Assembly (NCBI GenBank): GCA_001724265.1
Contig: MEDY01000076.1
Location: 124,001 to 178,550, forward strand
DNA length: 54,550 nucleotides
Reading direction: 5' to 3'
Source: Rhizaria sp. SCN 62-66
Lineage: Eukaryota
How positions within the stretch are numbered: position 1 is the stretch's first letter; each line of letters opens with the position of its first letter. Below are positions 10,106 through 22,205 of the stretch, one piece after another. The notes under the pieces are model-generated. The model did not search any database. It was not told where the DNA came from and was given only the letters and a program-made list of their open reading frames with translations. The position numbers and the translations under genes were made by a program.

Positions 10106-12832
10106 TTACAGCTTAGCCAGTGCCGCGAGTTGCTTCAGCTCGGGGAAGTCCTCTAACACAGAGATGTGGTACGCCTTCTTATACTCGGCCTGCCGCACCG
10201 GCAGCGGCAGCATGCGCGCCGCGACGGCGTTGAGTGCGGCCGCGAACCCGCCCTGCTCGCGCGCCGTCGCCGCCTCGTTGCGCGCGCGCGTGGCCTCGGC
10301 CTCGACGCGCCACTGGCGGCACGCGCGCACCCTCGCCGCGGGCCAGGCCCCGCACCAGGGCACAGGCAGCGGACTGGGGAGCTTGCCCGCGGCCAGCGAC
10401 TGGCTGTGAGTGCTCGACGGGGAGGCGGCGCCGGTCGGCAGCGAGAAACGCGACTTGCCGCCGCTTTGGGCAGCGCAGTTGCTGTTGTGAGCCTGAGCAT
10501 GCGCAGCGACGCGGGCAGAGGCGCGTGGCGAAGCGGGGTCGAGGCCGAGGCGACTTAACTTCTCGCTGTAGGTACCGTTCGTGTTTTGTTTCGAAGCAGA
10601 ACTCGCGTCATCGCCGCTGCTCCAGTATCCGCTATCACTATCTTGCTTGCCATCGTCCTGGGCGTCGTCCTGATCGTTGGCGCTCGTCAACAGGATACCG
10701 TTGTCACGGTTCCAATCGCGCTCCGCCAATAGTGTCGCCAGGTGCGTCGCCAGCGTGACCGCGACCGCGTCCTCAATACACATCGCCGTATCTTGCCCGC
10801 CCTCGGGCAAGAGACTGTGCGCAGCGTGGCCCACGGTCACGATGGCGGGCATCGGCGACGACAACAACGGGGACGAAACGACCGACTTCGGCCGCTGCGA
10901 CTGAGAACGCGACTGCGACAGTGTGTCGGCGATGTCCGCGTTCCTTGCGGTTGATGCAGGCGTGAGGGTCGTAATAGGGGCGGAGGGCCAGCGGGATTGC
11001 TCGCTCCAAGAGGAATACGGAAGCTCGCCCGTAGCAGCAGCAACAACGCACACAACATCGCTGGCAGTTCCGCTAGCATGTGCGTCAACGCTCTTGGTTG
11101 CAGAATGCGACTTTGACTGATACGCTTTGGTCATGGATGTACCTTGCTCTGGTGAAAGCGTTGATGATGAAAGCATCAAAGCGGCGAGCAAGGCGTCGCT
11201 ACCGTACTTAAACGACAAATCGCCGCTATTCCACAGTGCAAATGCTGAGGATGCGGCTTGCTCACTCTTGCCAGTGCCGAATAGGTCAGCGGTCAGAGAA
11301 ACAATGTTGTTTGAGGTCCACGGAGGCAAGTCAGAGTCCGAGCTCAAGCCGCGTCCTTGCACCGAGTGATAGGGATAATGGCTCGCGCTAGTACCAGCTA
11401 AGAGGAGTGACTCTGGCACTTGTGCCCACCAGTGAACCCAGCCGCAGCCATCGCTTGCGTCGACCGCCGTGCTTGAGTTAGTGCTCGAAAGCGGTGACTT
11501 GTTGTTGAACACGTAACCCCACCTCACAGCCACCTTCTCCTTCGCCGCGTCACTGCCGCTGCCGTGATGCACAGTCAGTTGCGTCACAGTCTCGACAACT
11601 TGCGGATGCTTCCCGAGAGAGCCGTCAGCAGCAGCGCCTGTCCGCGCCTTGTACACTGCGCTCACGTCGCTGTTGTCGCTAATATTGCTGATCGTGTTGC
11701 TGGTATCGGTGGCGGTGAGCTTGGGGGTGTGCGAGTGGCCGTGAGCAAAGAAGTCGCGAGCAGTGGTGAACAGCTTCAGTGCGTCGCTTTGGGGAGTTGA
11801 AAACAGCGACGACGTTGCTGAAAACAACGACGAAAACATCCCACCCTTTGCATTAGAGCTCGTGTGATCTGACGTTTTGGCACTATCGCCCTTGGATGTG
11901 AGCAGGGCTGCAACGTCGTCAGCCTTAGCGTACCCTTGCACCAGCACTGTCACAGGTTCGACGCCCCTGCGCAACCGAAGATAAGCCGCCGCGCCCTCCG
12001 CCGCTGCATGTAAGCCGCGGCCGGCACTGGGCTTCATTGCGGGAGATCCGGCGCCGCCGTTACGCACGAAAGGTAAGCCGCGAGGGGAGCCGGTGCCGAT
12101 GGCGGTCGTCGCGCCAGTGTCGGCGGACTGCAAGTGCTGCCGCAAGGCTGAGTATAGTCCGTCGGCTGCAATGACCAGGTGGTAGGGGGCGCGATCGGGC
12201 AACACGCCGTAGTCACGACCAAAGAAATGCAGCTGAAGAGCTTGTGAAGGAAGCTGCTGCAAAGGTCCTGAGTCGGCACTCGCGCTAGAGGGATTAGAGC
12301 TACTGCTGTCGCCAATGGTGACGGCTTCTGTGACGCGAGTGTAGCCGGCACAGGTGTGATTGTACTGAACCGCGATTGCGCTGCGCTGCTGCCCAGCTGC
12401 GGCGCTAGTGTCCGCGTGCGGCAACAAAGACACAGCGTCTGATGTCAGCGGAGTCAACGGCGCGGCGCGAATCGCAGTCAGAAACGCCTCGCGCGAGACC
12501 CACAGTGACGGGCGCGCGAGCGGCGCGATGGGGCACGATACGAGCGAGCCGTCAGCGGATCGCGTGCCACTCTGGACAGCAACCGCGCCGGCGTTCTCAA
12601 GAGCGAGAGCAAGAGGCGGGTCGAGCAGACGGAGCGCGTGGAAGGCGCTGGGGGTGATCTGAACACCTTGGAACGCTGTCGGTGAGCTAGGCAGCTCAGA
12701 AGGGGAGGAATCGAACGTCTCTACCCCAGTGAAACCGGCGCGAAGAAGAAGACGGGTGGTCAGTAAACCAGTAATGCCGGCGCCAACAACGCCAATGCGC
12801 AGAGACTGTTTGAGCGCCTTGGAGAGCGACAT
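10106..12832 (-). CDS. FAD-dependent monooxygenase-like protein (aromatic hydroxylase/zeaxanthin epoxidase-like fold), 908 aa with insertions
   Basis: N-terminal IGVVGAGITG (GxGxxG), LVIAADGLYSALR (DG motif), and VGHAAHSLLPEGGQDTAMCIEDA (variant GD motif). Stop TAA. Confidence 0.8.
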   Translation of the reverse strand: MSLSKALKQSLRIGVVGAGITGLLTTRLLLRAGFTGVETFDSSPSELPSSPTAFQGVQITPSAFHALRLLDPPLALALENAGAVAVQSGTRSADGSLVSCPIAPLARPSLWVSREAFLTAIRAAPLTPLTSDAVSLLPHADTSAAAGQQRSAIAVQYNHTCAGYTRVTEAVTIGDSSSSNPSSASADSGPLQQLPSQALQLHFFGRDYGVLPDRAPYHLVIAADGLYSALRQHLQSADTGATTAIGTGSPRGLPFVRNGGAGSPAMKPSAGRGLHAAAEGAAAYLRLRRGVEPVTVLVQGYAKADDVAALLTSKGDSAKTSDHTSSNAKGGMFSSLFSATSSLFSTPQSDALKLFTTARDFFAHGHSHTPKLTATDTSNTISNISDNSDVSAVYKARTGAAADGSLGKHPQVVETVTQLTVHHGSGSDAAKEKVAVRWGYVFNNKSPLSSTNSSTAVDASDGCGWVHWWAQVPESLLLAGTSASHYPYHSVQGRGLSSDSDLPPWTSNNIVSLTADLFGTGKSEQAASSAFALWNSGDLSFKYGSDALLAALMLSSSTLSPEQGTSMTKAYQSKSHSATKSVDAHASGTASDVVCVVAAATGELPYSSWSEQSRWPSAPITTLTPASTARNADIADTLSQSRSQSQRPKSVVSSPLLSSPMPAIVTVGHAAHSLLPEGGQDTAMCIEDAVAVTLATHLATLLAERDWNRDNGILLTSANDQDDAQDDGKQDSDSGYWSSGDDASSASKQNTNGTYSEKLSRLGLDPASPRASARVAAHAQAHNSNCAAQSGGKSRFSLPTGAASPSSTHSQSLAAGKLPSPLPVPWCGAWPAARVRACRQWRVEAEATRARNEAATAREQGGFAAALNAVAARMLPLPVRQAEYKKAYHISVLEDFPELKQLAALAKL

Positions 12833-14088
12833 GAGAAAGACGATGCAAGAGTGCGATCTACAGTTCGGAGGCGAAAACTGAAAATAGTGGATATTGCAAC
12901 AAATACATGGTTTGATTAAATCTTATTGAAAATTTACTATATCCGGCTTCTGGAAAATCTGGATCGTGTGTCTGCATGAACTTCTGGCGATCAATGTCTG
13001 AGTTGTGCATCTTTCAAAAACTCTGCTGATAAGATCTTTTGCAGCAGCCTTGCCCAACACGACAAAAATCATCGTGTGGTTATATTAGAAAAATCGCGTT
13101 TTCAAGTTGAAATATGTCGGAAATTCGTATATTTTTAATAGCTTTACACTGTGCATAATTATCTTTTAAATCAAGATACAATGCTATATTTGATATTCTA
13201 ACTTTTTGGCTGCTGTATAGACCAAAACCTAACTTGAATGCAACATTGCTCATCGCATGACACGACCTTGCCATGAACGCAAATCAAGCCCGACTGATGA
13301 TGTGCTGACGATTCCAGTAATCCTGACATATATTTATCCCCCACTTTGTCACCTCTTCATATACATGCCTTGTCATATGTAGAACTGATTCTTTTAGCAG
13401 CGATGCTATTGCTTATATGAGAACGCATGACTCATATGCGTCGCGTGCGCACAAGGTGTCTGTGAAAGGGTTTTTCAAAATAGCATAGAGTAACTTGAAA
13501 AACAATGTTTATTGACCAAAGTGCTCGAACTCGTGTTGTTACAGCACCGATTGGAAGTTGAAAGAATGTGATCCGTGTAACAGTGTGTATTGAACGGCAC
13601 GAATATGCCACAATTCAGCATCGTCTAGTTAAAGGTTTCTGCCAAACATGTAAATGTGTTAAAACAATGTCATAATTGAGTTGTGTTTGCATGCAATAAA
13701 ACTCAAAAACTACGATGTATGCGAGGTGCATGATGTGGCCGTCGCGCGCGCTTCCGTGACTGCGGTTGAAACGACTTGCACATGCGAGCGACCTAGGAGT
13801 CGTGCAGGCGCCATTTAACATCCGACAAACAGAATTTAGTTATGGATTTATGATAATTCTGTGTTTTTTCTGTGCAATCTGTTTATAATACTTCTTAAAA
13901 CCTTTGCTGCGACTCAATATCTTGCTTTACTTCGCTTCTCTCACACACTCGCTTCGATCACCCTCCACCGTTCAGTCTAGCCTTTCTGTAGTCACTATAA
14001 TAGCTTTTCAAACCTTATTTTGTCCTGAAACAAACGGTACTTGTGTGTGCGATAGTTTATTTTGTGCTGTGTTGCTTGCGCGCTTTAA

Positions 14089-16632
14089 ATGCAAGCGGGA
14101 TTCGAAAAGCCCGCTGCCGGCTCAGGAGCGCCATCCCCCGCTCGCCCCCGCCCCCATGCTCATCCCTCATCTCCCCAGCATCAACCGTAGCAGCGACAGT
14201 ACCAGTGCGGCGATGTGAGATACACGGAGGGCAACAGCGACACGCATGCACACAGCACGCTTTGGGCATCTTCAACTCTCGGTGCTGCAGACCAGCAACG
14301 GCGGCCGCAGCAACAGTACTCTGAGAACGAAAGCAGCATGACACTTCACAGCACTGCGGCGCGCAACCACAGCTATGCTGAGAGGCACCCAGGTAACTTA
14401 ATGGATAATAGCGTTGAATTTAGCAACATCAGTGCGATCGCGGATTGCTCCAACGCGATTGCAACCTGCAGATCTGACATGAATGCAAACAGTTTGAGCT
14501 CCAGTGATATCGCGGGACAGGTCCAGAGCCTGCCATACTCACGCTTTGTGCAGCAGCAGCACCATCGACAACAAATTCAGTATCAATACTTAATGCAGCA
14601 ACGAATGCGGCAACAGCAACAGCACCAGCATCATCAACAGCAGCAACCTGCGAGTGCGGTAGACACTTCCGCTCGCTGCCACAGTCCAGCTGCTGTTGCT
14701 CGGAGTCATTCAACTGCTGCCCTCAATCCCGCAACTGCTGCCCGCAGTCGATTGACAACTGCGCACAGTCCAGCGGCCTCTCTTGCTCAAAGCTACCATC
14801 CGACCTCTCCTGGTCACGGCCACCGTACTGCGTCTCCTGCAGTAGCCCACGGTCAGACGTGCATGTTTCACACGCCTCCAGGGTCTCCGAAAACGGCGAC
14901 GGTTATCACTGCGCGGACGACCTTGAACGCAGGAACAACAACAGCGGCAACATCGCTCATCACAGACAATGCTACCAGTTCCACCATCAACGATGATACC
15001 GCCAACATGTCTCTTGATGACACGACAAGCTCCCGCATAAACTTGAACACAAGCTCTGTTGACCGTGCAACTGCCGACACCGCTGCGGATGCTAACGTCG
15101 CGCCAACTCTGGTTCTGTCTCTGCCACCACAACCGCTGTCGAATAGTTCGAGCACCGCTAGCATTGCAAGTGCGAATCAGAGGTTGAGCGCCAACACAAG
15201 CGCCGGTGGTTTGTCGTCTGCGAGCGTTGCTGCTAAACTTCACGCAGCAATGCATGTGCTTCACAAGACGATCACTGCGCTCAAGGCGCGTATCTACTCG
15301 GCAGAGTCAGTCCTCTCGCTCTTCTACCACCGACTCACATGTAACAGCATCAACAAAAGCAGCGCTGACCGCAACGACACTGGTGACGCCGCAGCCACTC
15401 AGGCGTACGATAACTATGTGCAAACATACGGTCCGATTGCTGTCAACAGCAGCAGCAACAGCAACACTCACGCCAGCACTAGCAGTCTGAACATGAATAT
15501 CTTTAGTGCGAGCGCCAGTGTCAATGCGAGTTCAACTGCGTCCATCAACCATGCCAACTACTTGGCCGCGATCCGACTGCTGCGGCGCAAGCTGGAGGCG
15601 ATGTCGGCTGATCACGACGTTTTAGTGGTGCAAAAGGCGGACTTGGCCGCTGCGCTGAACGCGGCGCGTGACCGTGAGCAGCGCAACGCGCGCGCACTGG
15701 CAGCGGCAAGCGCGGCGGCGGCCACGGCAGAGAAAGCGGCGACGGGGACTGCATCGGCGAAGGCTGCGGCCAAGGCTGCGATTATGGCCGCGGCGGCTGC
15801 GACGGCAAACGCCGAGGCCAGGGCTGCCGCCGCGGAGGCAAGGGCCAAGGCCGCTGAGGCCAAGGTTGCGAAGGCCGAGGCGCGGACGGTTGCGGCTGAA
15901 GATACCGCAGTGTCCGTGCACGACACGGTGATTGCGACGCGCAACAGGGAAGTCTCCGCCGCGGAAGCCCGGGCAGCAGCCGCGGAGGCTATGGCTGCTG
16001 CGGCAGAGAGAAAGGCGGCCGCTGCTGACGCGGCGTCGCGGCAGCTGCGGGCTGCGGCTGAGAGCGACAGCGCAGACGCAGCAGCGAAGGAAGAGAAGCT
16101 GCGCCGGGAAGTGCAGCTGCTGGGCAGGCGGCTGCTGCAGCTTGCTCCAATCAGCAGCTACAACAGTTTAAACACTAGCATTGCTCAGACACACGTGGCA
16201 TTACCGCAACGGCAACAGCTGCAGCTGCAGCTTCAATCACCGCCAAGACAACAGGTTCATCAGTTACAGCAACAGCAGCAACAGCAGCAGCAACAGCAGT
16301 TTCGCTCACCGCCGCGGCCTCAGAGGCCTGTGACAATGCATTCACCGATGACTAGCAATACGCCGACGCATAATACCACGCTTAACAATACGAGTAACAC
16401 GATGGCCAATGGCACTGGTATGAACAGTAATAGAACTAGCGCACCGCATGGATGCTCGCCGCAGCTACAACAGCAAAAGTTAATGCAGCGTCCGCAACAC
16501 CAGCAACAGCAGCCGCAGCAGCAACAACAGCGTCAGCAGCAACAACTTGAACAGCCTCAGAACTGTTATCAGCAGCAACAGCAGCAGCAGCAGCAACAGC
16601 AGATCCAGCAACAGCGCACCCGTCGGTCGTAA
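14089..16632 (+). CDS. PolyQ-rich, Ala-rich coiled-coil hypothetical protein (~847 aa if TAG at 14188-14190 is read as sense)
   Basis: ATG at 14089 sits right after an in-frame TAA at the AT-to-GC transition: MQAGFEKPAAGSGAPSPARPRPHAHPSSPQHQP[TAG]QRQYQCGDVRY..., in frame with ORF 14215..16632. Heptad-like region LRRKLEAMSADHDVLVVQKADL...KEEKLRREVQLL. Stop TAA. If TAG is a stop, the alternative start is ATG 14338. Confidence 0.75.
14188..14190 (+). other. In-frame TAG codon (context CAG CAT CAA CCG TAG CAG CGA CAG TAC CAG), putative sense codon
   Basis: Lies 33 codons after ATG 14089 in a Gln-rich stretch; the frame stays open for a further 813 codons. Confidence 0.65.
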
Positions 16633-17136
16633 ATGCTCGGCAATTAATTACTGACGGGTTGTGTGCACTTACGACCTTGACTTAGTCGTGACTTTTTTTT
16701 CGATTTTGTATAGATTGTGATAGATTCGTGAATTAAGTGATTTATGTTTGAGACATCGTGAACTGGCCTTTTTAATAACTTGTTGTTTTTTTTCGTTTCG
16801 ATTTTTTTTTATCTCTGATTCCGTGGAGATCATCGTTTTCGAATAAAAGTATGAATTTTTATCTTGAGCGAAATGCTGGCAAAGGTGATAGCAAGGCATC
16901 GAGGACCTGACGTTATGCTCGCTCGCAGCGAATTCGATAACTCGAATATTCCTGTGCAATGTCACTACCGGTTAACTCGTTGTGTCTCCGTTGACAGTGT
17001 GACAGTGTCAACAAAACAAAAGTCAGTAATAGAAAGTTGTCGGTCAAGACGAAAAGAAGGGGCAGTGTAAAAAAGCAGTGTAAAAAAAATTACTCGCTTT
17101 CTGTTTTCTTCATAGCTAAGTAAAACCAGACCGCAG

Positions 17137-19110
17137 TTAGATGTTGATCGCGCCGTATTTGTCAACTACATCACCCAAAACAACGAGTCCGGTCAGCACA
17201 TCCGCTGCCACTGCGGCAGCAGAGCGTCCGCTGTTGTTGCTGCTGCTTGAGCCGCCGCTGTCGCACGCATTTGGCGGCATGGGAGGCAGGCCAACCTTGG
17301 CGCGAGATTTGGCAAGAGATTTAGCACGCTTATCCGCCTCTTTCTCAAGCTTGGCGCGGTTGCGCTCAATTTTGCGGTCACGGGCGGCCTGCTTGTTGCT
17401 GACAGCAGGCTTGCTGCTGGCGTTCGTGTCAGCATTCTTGTTGTTGTCTGCGTCAGCATCGGCAGCCTCATCGCTGGCATCGCCGTCCTCGTTGGCATTG
17501 CCTTTGTCGTCGCCGTCTTTGATGTTGGCTGAGATGGCATCATAGGTCTCTCTTTCAGCTGTTGCCGTTGTTGGCGCGGATATAGTTGCTGTCGCCTTCT
17601 CGGCCTCTGCTTCAGACTGTAGTTGCGACTCCGGCTCTGCAGTCGGCACAGCGTCCGACACCGTCTCCGATGGCGCTGCCTCCGTCGTATTCACCCGGGT
17701 CGCTGCAGCTGCTGCAGTCACAGTAATCACATCGTCAACAACCTCAACGGAGTTTACAGTCGCGGAGATCGCTTCACTTGCACCGTTGTCGTCAACATTC
17801 TCGGCAACAGTCGCCTCGGCAGTCGTATTTTTGCTGCCCGAAGCCTCCGTAGTTAGGGTAGTTGCAGTATCTTTCTTCTCACTCCTCTCTTTTTTATCTT
17901 TCTTATCCTTTTTATCGTTGCTCCTCGAACTAGAGCAGTTGCCATTATCCTTCTTGTCCTTTTTGTCCTTCTTCTCCTTCTTGTATTTTTTCTCCTTCTT
18001 GCCCTCGTCTTTGTTGTCATTAAGACTCAAGCTGCTCAGTCCATCCACAAGCGCACTCTGTTCTCGCTCTGCCTGACTGGGCATGTTCATCTCGTTCACC
18101 ACGAGCTCGACCGCGGCGTCAATGTCCCAGTCAACATCTTCGAGTACTTGAAGCACCATCTCCTCGTCGTCACATCCAGTCTGCTGCTTCACAACGCGGA
18201 GTGCACGATCCTCTTTGCTCTCGTTTTTCGCAGCACTCTTGCTGCTGCTACTGCCACCGCTGCCGCCGCTGGCGGGCTGCTTCGACGGGAGCACGATAAG
18301 GTGCCGCTGCGCCGCCGCGGAACCGACGGGCGCGGCCGTGTCGTCGAGAATGTGCCGCACTGAGTTGTAGTGTTCGCCATTATGGTACGACACGTGTAGC
18401 GTCGGCGTCACCTTGTTCGGCGTTGCGCCTGTGGCGGACGTGGAGGCGAGGATGTCGTAGCGGGGCGAGTGGAGCTGATGCACCGTGATGTTGGCCCCCA
18501 GCGCGCGGCTAAGGGCCATGAGCTCTAAGTGCCCGCCCCAGGTCTTGTCGCAGCTCATCTCTCGCAGGTGGTCGTCGAAAGAGCCAATGACAAACCCGGC
18601 GAAGTCGTCGGGATTCTGTTTCATGTAGGAAATTGCGAGTTTGCGGGCTTCATGGTGCCGGCCCTCGTCACCCCAAGTCTACACAAAATTGAAATTATAT
18701 ACATCGATATATGACCAAAATAGAGTTAAACGTGGAGAACAAATACCTACAGTCACAATTCATCATATGTCAGAAATAAAACTTTGTGGGTGACGATTTC
18801 CATTGTTCAGTACGATGTTATGTACCTGGTCAGCAACAGCGCGGAAGAGGCAGTTGCCGTCAGAACCACACTCCTTGAGCTTTAAGTGCAGGTCACGCAG
18901 CTGAAGCGCAAATTCGGGATACTCGCGGGCAACTCGTTTGTCTGCTGCAGTCGGCGCAGGAATGGGCACGCCATTGAGCATCGTTGTCGTCGCTGGCGCT
19001 GCTGCCGTTGCTGCGGCTGCGCCCTTCTTGTTGTTGCTGTTGTTGGCCTTCGCTGAGGTGGCTGTTGCGGCGACAGAGCCACCACCGCGGGTGTCGCGGC
19101 GCGGTGGCAT
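17137..19110 (-). CDS. OTU-domain deubiquitinase (OTUD3-like) with a UBA/CUE-like domain; complement(join(17137..18678,18826..19110)), ~608 aa
   Basis: Cys box SDGNCLFRAVADQ|TWGDEGRHHEAR, WGGHLELMALS, His box HVSYHNGEHYNSVR, and CDDEEMVLQVLEDVDWDIDAAVE (UBA/CUE-like). Intron GTACAT...TGTAG. Stop TAA. Confidence 0.9.
18679..18825 (-). other. Spliceosomal intron (147 nt) in the OTU gene
   Basis: GTACAT donor, TAG acceptor, AT-rich, contains an in-frame TGA; removal joins the OTU domain. Confidence 0.88.
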
Positions 19111-19669
19111 ACTCCCTGTATAGTAGCCTTTCTAGGGCTGCGGGGACTCGCCGTCCGTCAGGGATTTAGTTGTGCTTCTGAGAGTAAAGAGAATGCGACG
19201 CTTGGCGAGCGCTCACTGTGGTTGAGGCGAAACAAGAAGTTGGTAGTTAGTAACGTTCTTGTGAGTTTTCGAGTACGTAAAAAGCTAGTAATATACAGAT
19301 TCAATTATTCAAGTGTAAATCGTTCCTCAAACTCTATTTGACGATCAGGATGAAACAATGCACTCACGGCAAGTAGTGTTCCAATCATTCATCAAGCCAG
19401 AGCCTCAGTCGCAGCTTTGACGTCGCTTTCGCGGCTAATACCCACAATTCAGCCCCATAAAGTTGGTAATGTACGTAAATAAGTATATAACTGTGTATTT
19501 ATATAGTGTGTACGAATTAATTATCAAGGTCAAGTTCATTCTGACCATTATAGCGGTAGACATCTGGAACAAAGATTGCCAGCAAAAACAAACGAAGTGC
19601 AAGAGCATTGCTGACATCCGTAGCTTTTTCTTTCATCAAGCCTCACTTTCTCGTCACCGCATCCTTTTC

Positions 19670-22205
19670 TCACGCGTTTCCATCGCCACCCTCGCCGGCC
19701 CCGGCCGCGCCCGCGGTGCGCCGACCGTAGCCGCCGCCGCCGCCGTAGCCGCCGCCGCCCGAGGTCGCGAGCTGGACCGAGCCCTTGGGGAAGTAGGGCG
19801 TCCACCGCAGCAACTCCGGACGGCACTCGGCAACGAAGATGGCGTTGGGGTCGCGCGGCTTGCTGGCCACGACCTGTGCCTTATGCTCACGGTCACTCAG
19901 CAGCTGCTGCAGCCGGCGCAGAGAGAAAACCCAGCTGTCCTTGTCGAACACCAGCAGGTTGAGCCCCTTGAGCGTCTCGATGATGTCCTCCGGCTCGATG
20001 CACGTCGTCTTGGACAGCTCGTCGACCGACACGGCCTCGCGCTCCGCCGGGTCAGGGCTCTGCAGCCGCTGCGCGAGCAGGTCCAGCAGCGTCTTGGACC
20101 AGTAGGAAACGTACGACACCTTGCCGAGATCGGAGATGGGCTTCTCAGGGCTGCCGACTTTCTCCTCGAGCTTCGACAGCTCGTACGAGAACGAAATGAG
20201 GAACTTGCCGTAACCCTTACGCTGGTGACACGGCAGCGTAAGGATACACGCAAGGTTGTACCGCGCTGCCGAGACCTTTTCCTTGGAGAAGTAGCCGACA
20301 AGGTGGTAGCCGCGCTCGTCGCGCTCTGTCAGCACGTAGTACAGAAACGGCGTGCAGTCGTACTCAAGCGTCTTGTGGTCCAGGAACAGCTTGGCGAGGT
20401 AGGACAGGTTCTCGCAGTAGACAGGCTCGCGCGCGCCGTCGACTTCAAACATGGCGACCTCCACGTTCGTCTCCTTGGACCGGTAGACCTCGTAGCCGGG
20501 AGGGTGGCGCAGCGTGCAGCGGCGGCTGTGGCGCGCAAGCTCGCTCTCGTGGCCGAAAAACATCAGGCAGTACCTGAACAGTTAAGTTGGTTCAGTTCAA
20601 CAACAACAGAGAGAGAAATGAGAGAAATGATACGAGTGAGATTGGATATATCCTAAAGATATAATGATACAATACATATACTATAAGAAATCTAAAACTA
20701 TGCTGTGAATTATTGTGATCTCATCGAAATACTACGTACTCGCAGAGGAAGAGCGTGGAGAACTGCTTCATGTCCGTGGGAAAGGGCGAATAGTACCACG
20801 TATCGAGCACAAACTTGCCCAAATGCACCGTGGTAACATTCTTCACCTTGGTGGCGTCCTCGTGCGCCGCGATGTCCTCCGCAGTAAAGTTGCCGTGCCC
20901 GGCCTGGTGCGCCTCGTGGATCTCCACCATCAGGCGCTCTAAGCGCGCGACGCGCGTCTCGCGACCGGGGGGCCGCTTGCGGAGGTCCAACGCGGGCAGC
21001 TCGCCCTCGCCGTGCGCGTGGTGCGCGGCGGGGACAACGAGCGGGGCCATGGCGTCGTCGGGGGTGAACTCTGGCAGCCGCAGCCGGTCCTTGGGCACCC
21101 AGTGGTCCATGCGCCGGTCCCAGTCCACGTAGTGGATGTAGTACGAGTACTTGTGGTTCGTGAAAAACTCGGGGGGTACCGTGTGGATCTTGTCCGGATC
21201 GTACCACACCGAGGGCGCGGGCGCCGCAGCCGCGGCAGAGGTGTTGCCGCCCGATGAGCCGTCGGTTGCGTTGCTGTTGGCGTTGCCGCTGCCGCCGTCG
21301 CCGTCGTCGTCGCCGTCGTTGTTGTTTTCGTCGCCGTCGTTGTTGCCGCCGCTGTTGCTGCTGTTGTTGTTGGTGGTGTTGTTGTTGTTGTTGTTGTTGT
21401 TGTCGGTGCTGTTGGCGGTCGCTGAGGCCGAGTCGCTGCTATTGGTCGTTTTGCGGTCCTTGCGCTTCTTGACCGGCTTCGTCTTGGACTTCTGCAGCTC
21501 CTCCAGCTCAGGATCGGGCACCTCCTCGCCGGAATCTAAGATAAGCCGCCGGTCGATGACGAGCGCGCCGTGATACAGCCCCGTGAGCTCGTTGAAGCAA
21601 AATAGCTTGCACTGCAGCGGAAACGGCTTGGTGAAATCCGAGCGGTCGTACTCGTCGTCGCGCCGCTTGCGCCGTGAATGAGGGCCAGCGCCAGAGCCGG
21701 AGCCGGAGCCAGCGCCACCAGCAGAAGCAGCAGCAGCAGAACTTGAGCTGGCAGAGATGTTAGCGTTGGAGTTGGAGCTGGCGCCAGGAGTGGCTGCGCC
21801 AGTGTTCACGTTCGAATCGTCGTCGTTCGTCGCAGCGCGGCTGCTGCTGCTGCTGCTGCTGCTGGTAGCGCTGCTGCTGCTGTTGTTGTTGTTGGCATTG
21901 AGGGAGGCGAGGGGCGGGGGCGGCGACGGCGAGGGCGTCGGGGCGTCAGACATCGGGACGCTGCCGCTGTTGCTGTTGCCGGCCTCGTTATCCTCGTTAT
22001 CCTCGTTATCCTCGTCGTCGTCGTCGGCATCGTTGTCGTCGTCGTTGTCGTTTGTGGCGTCGGACATCGGAGACGCCGAGGCAGAGGCGGTCGAAGCGAC
22101 AACTGCTGCGGCCGCGGCGGCGGCGGCAGACAGGCGGCGCTTAGTCCCGCTTGCAGCAGAGCCAGCGGCAGCGGCCGTGGTGGCTTTCGTGTTGCGGGGA
22201 GGCAT
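19670..22205 (-). CDS. MYST-family histone acetyltransferase (Esa1/Tip60/MOF-like); complement(join(19670..20573,20740..22205)), ~789 aa
   Basis: Chromo-barrel motif YYIHYVDWDRRMDHWV, TWYYSPFP, C2HC finger LCEYCLMFFGHESELARHSRRC across the splice, LAKLFLDHKTL, NLACILTLPCHQRKGYGKFLI, and GSPEKPISDLG. Stop TGA. Confidence 0.95.
20574..20739 (-). other. Spliceosomal intron (166 nt) in the MYST gene
   Basis: GTACGT donor, CAG acceptor, phase 2; restores CEYC of the zinc finger. Confidence 0.9.

Noticed and set aside
19132-19134. In-frame TAG 8 codons upstream of the OTU start ATG
   Set aside because: There is no ATG in frame between it and the upstream TGA (19213-19215), so it lies in the 5' UTR and says nothing about the code.
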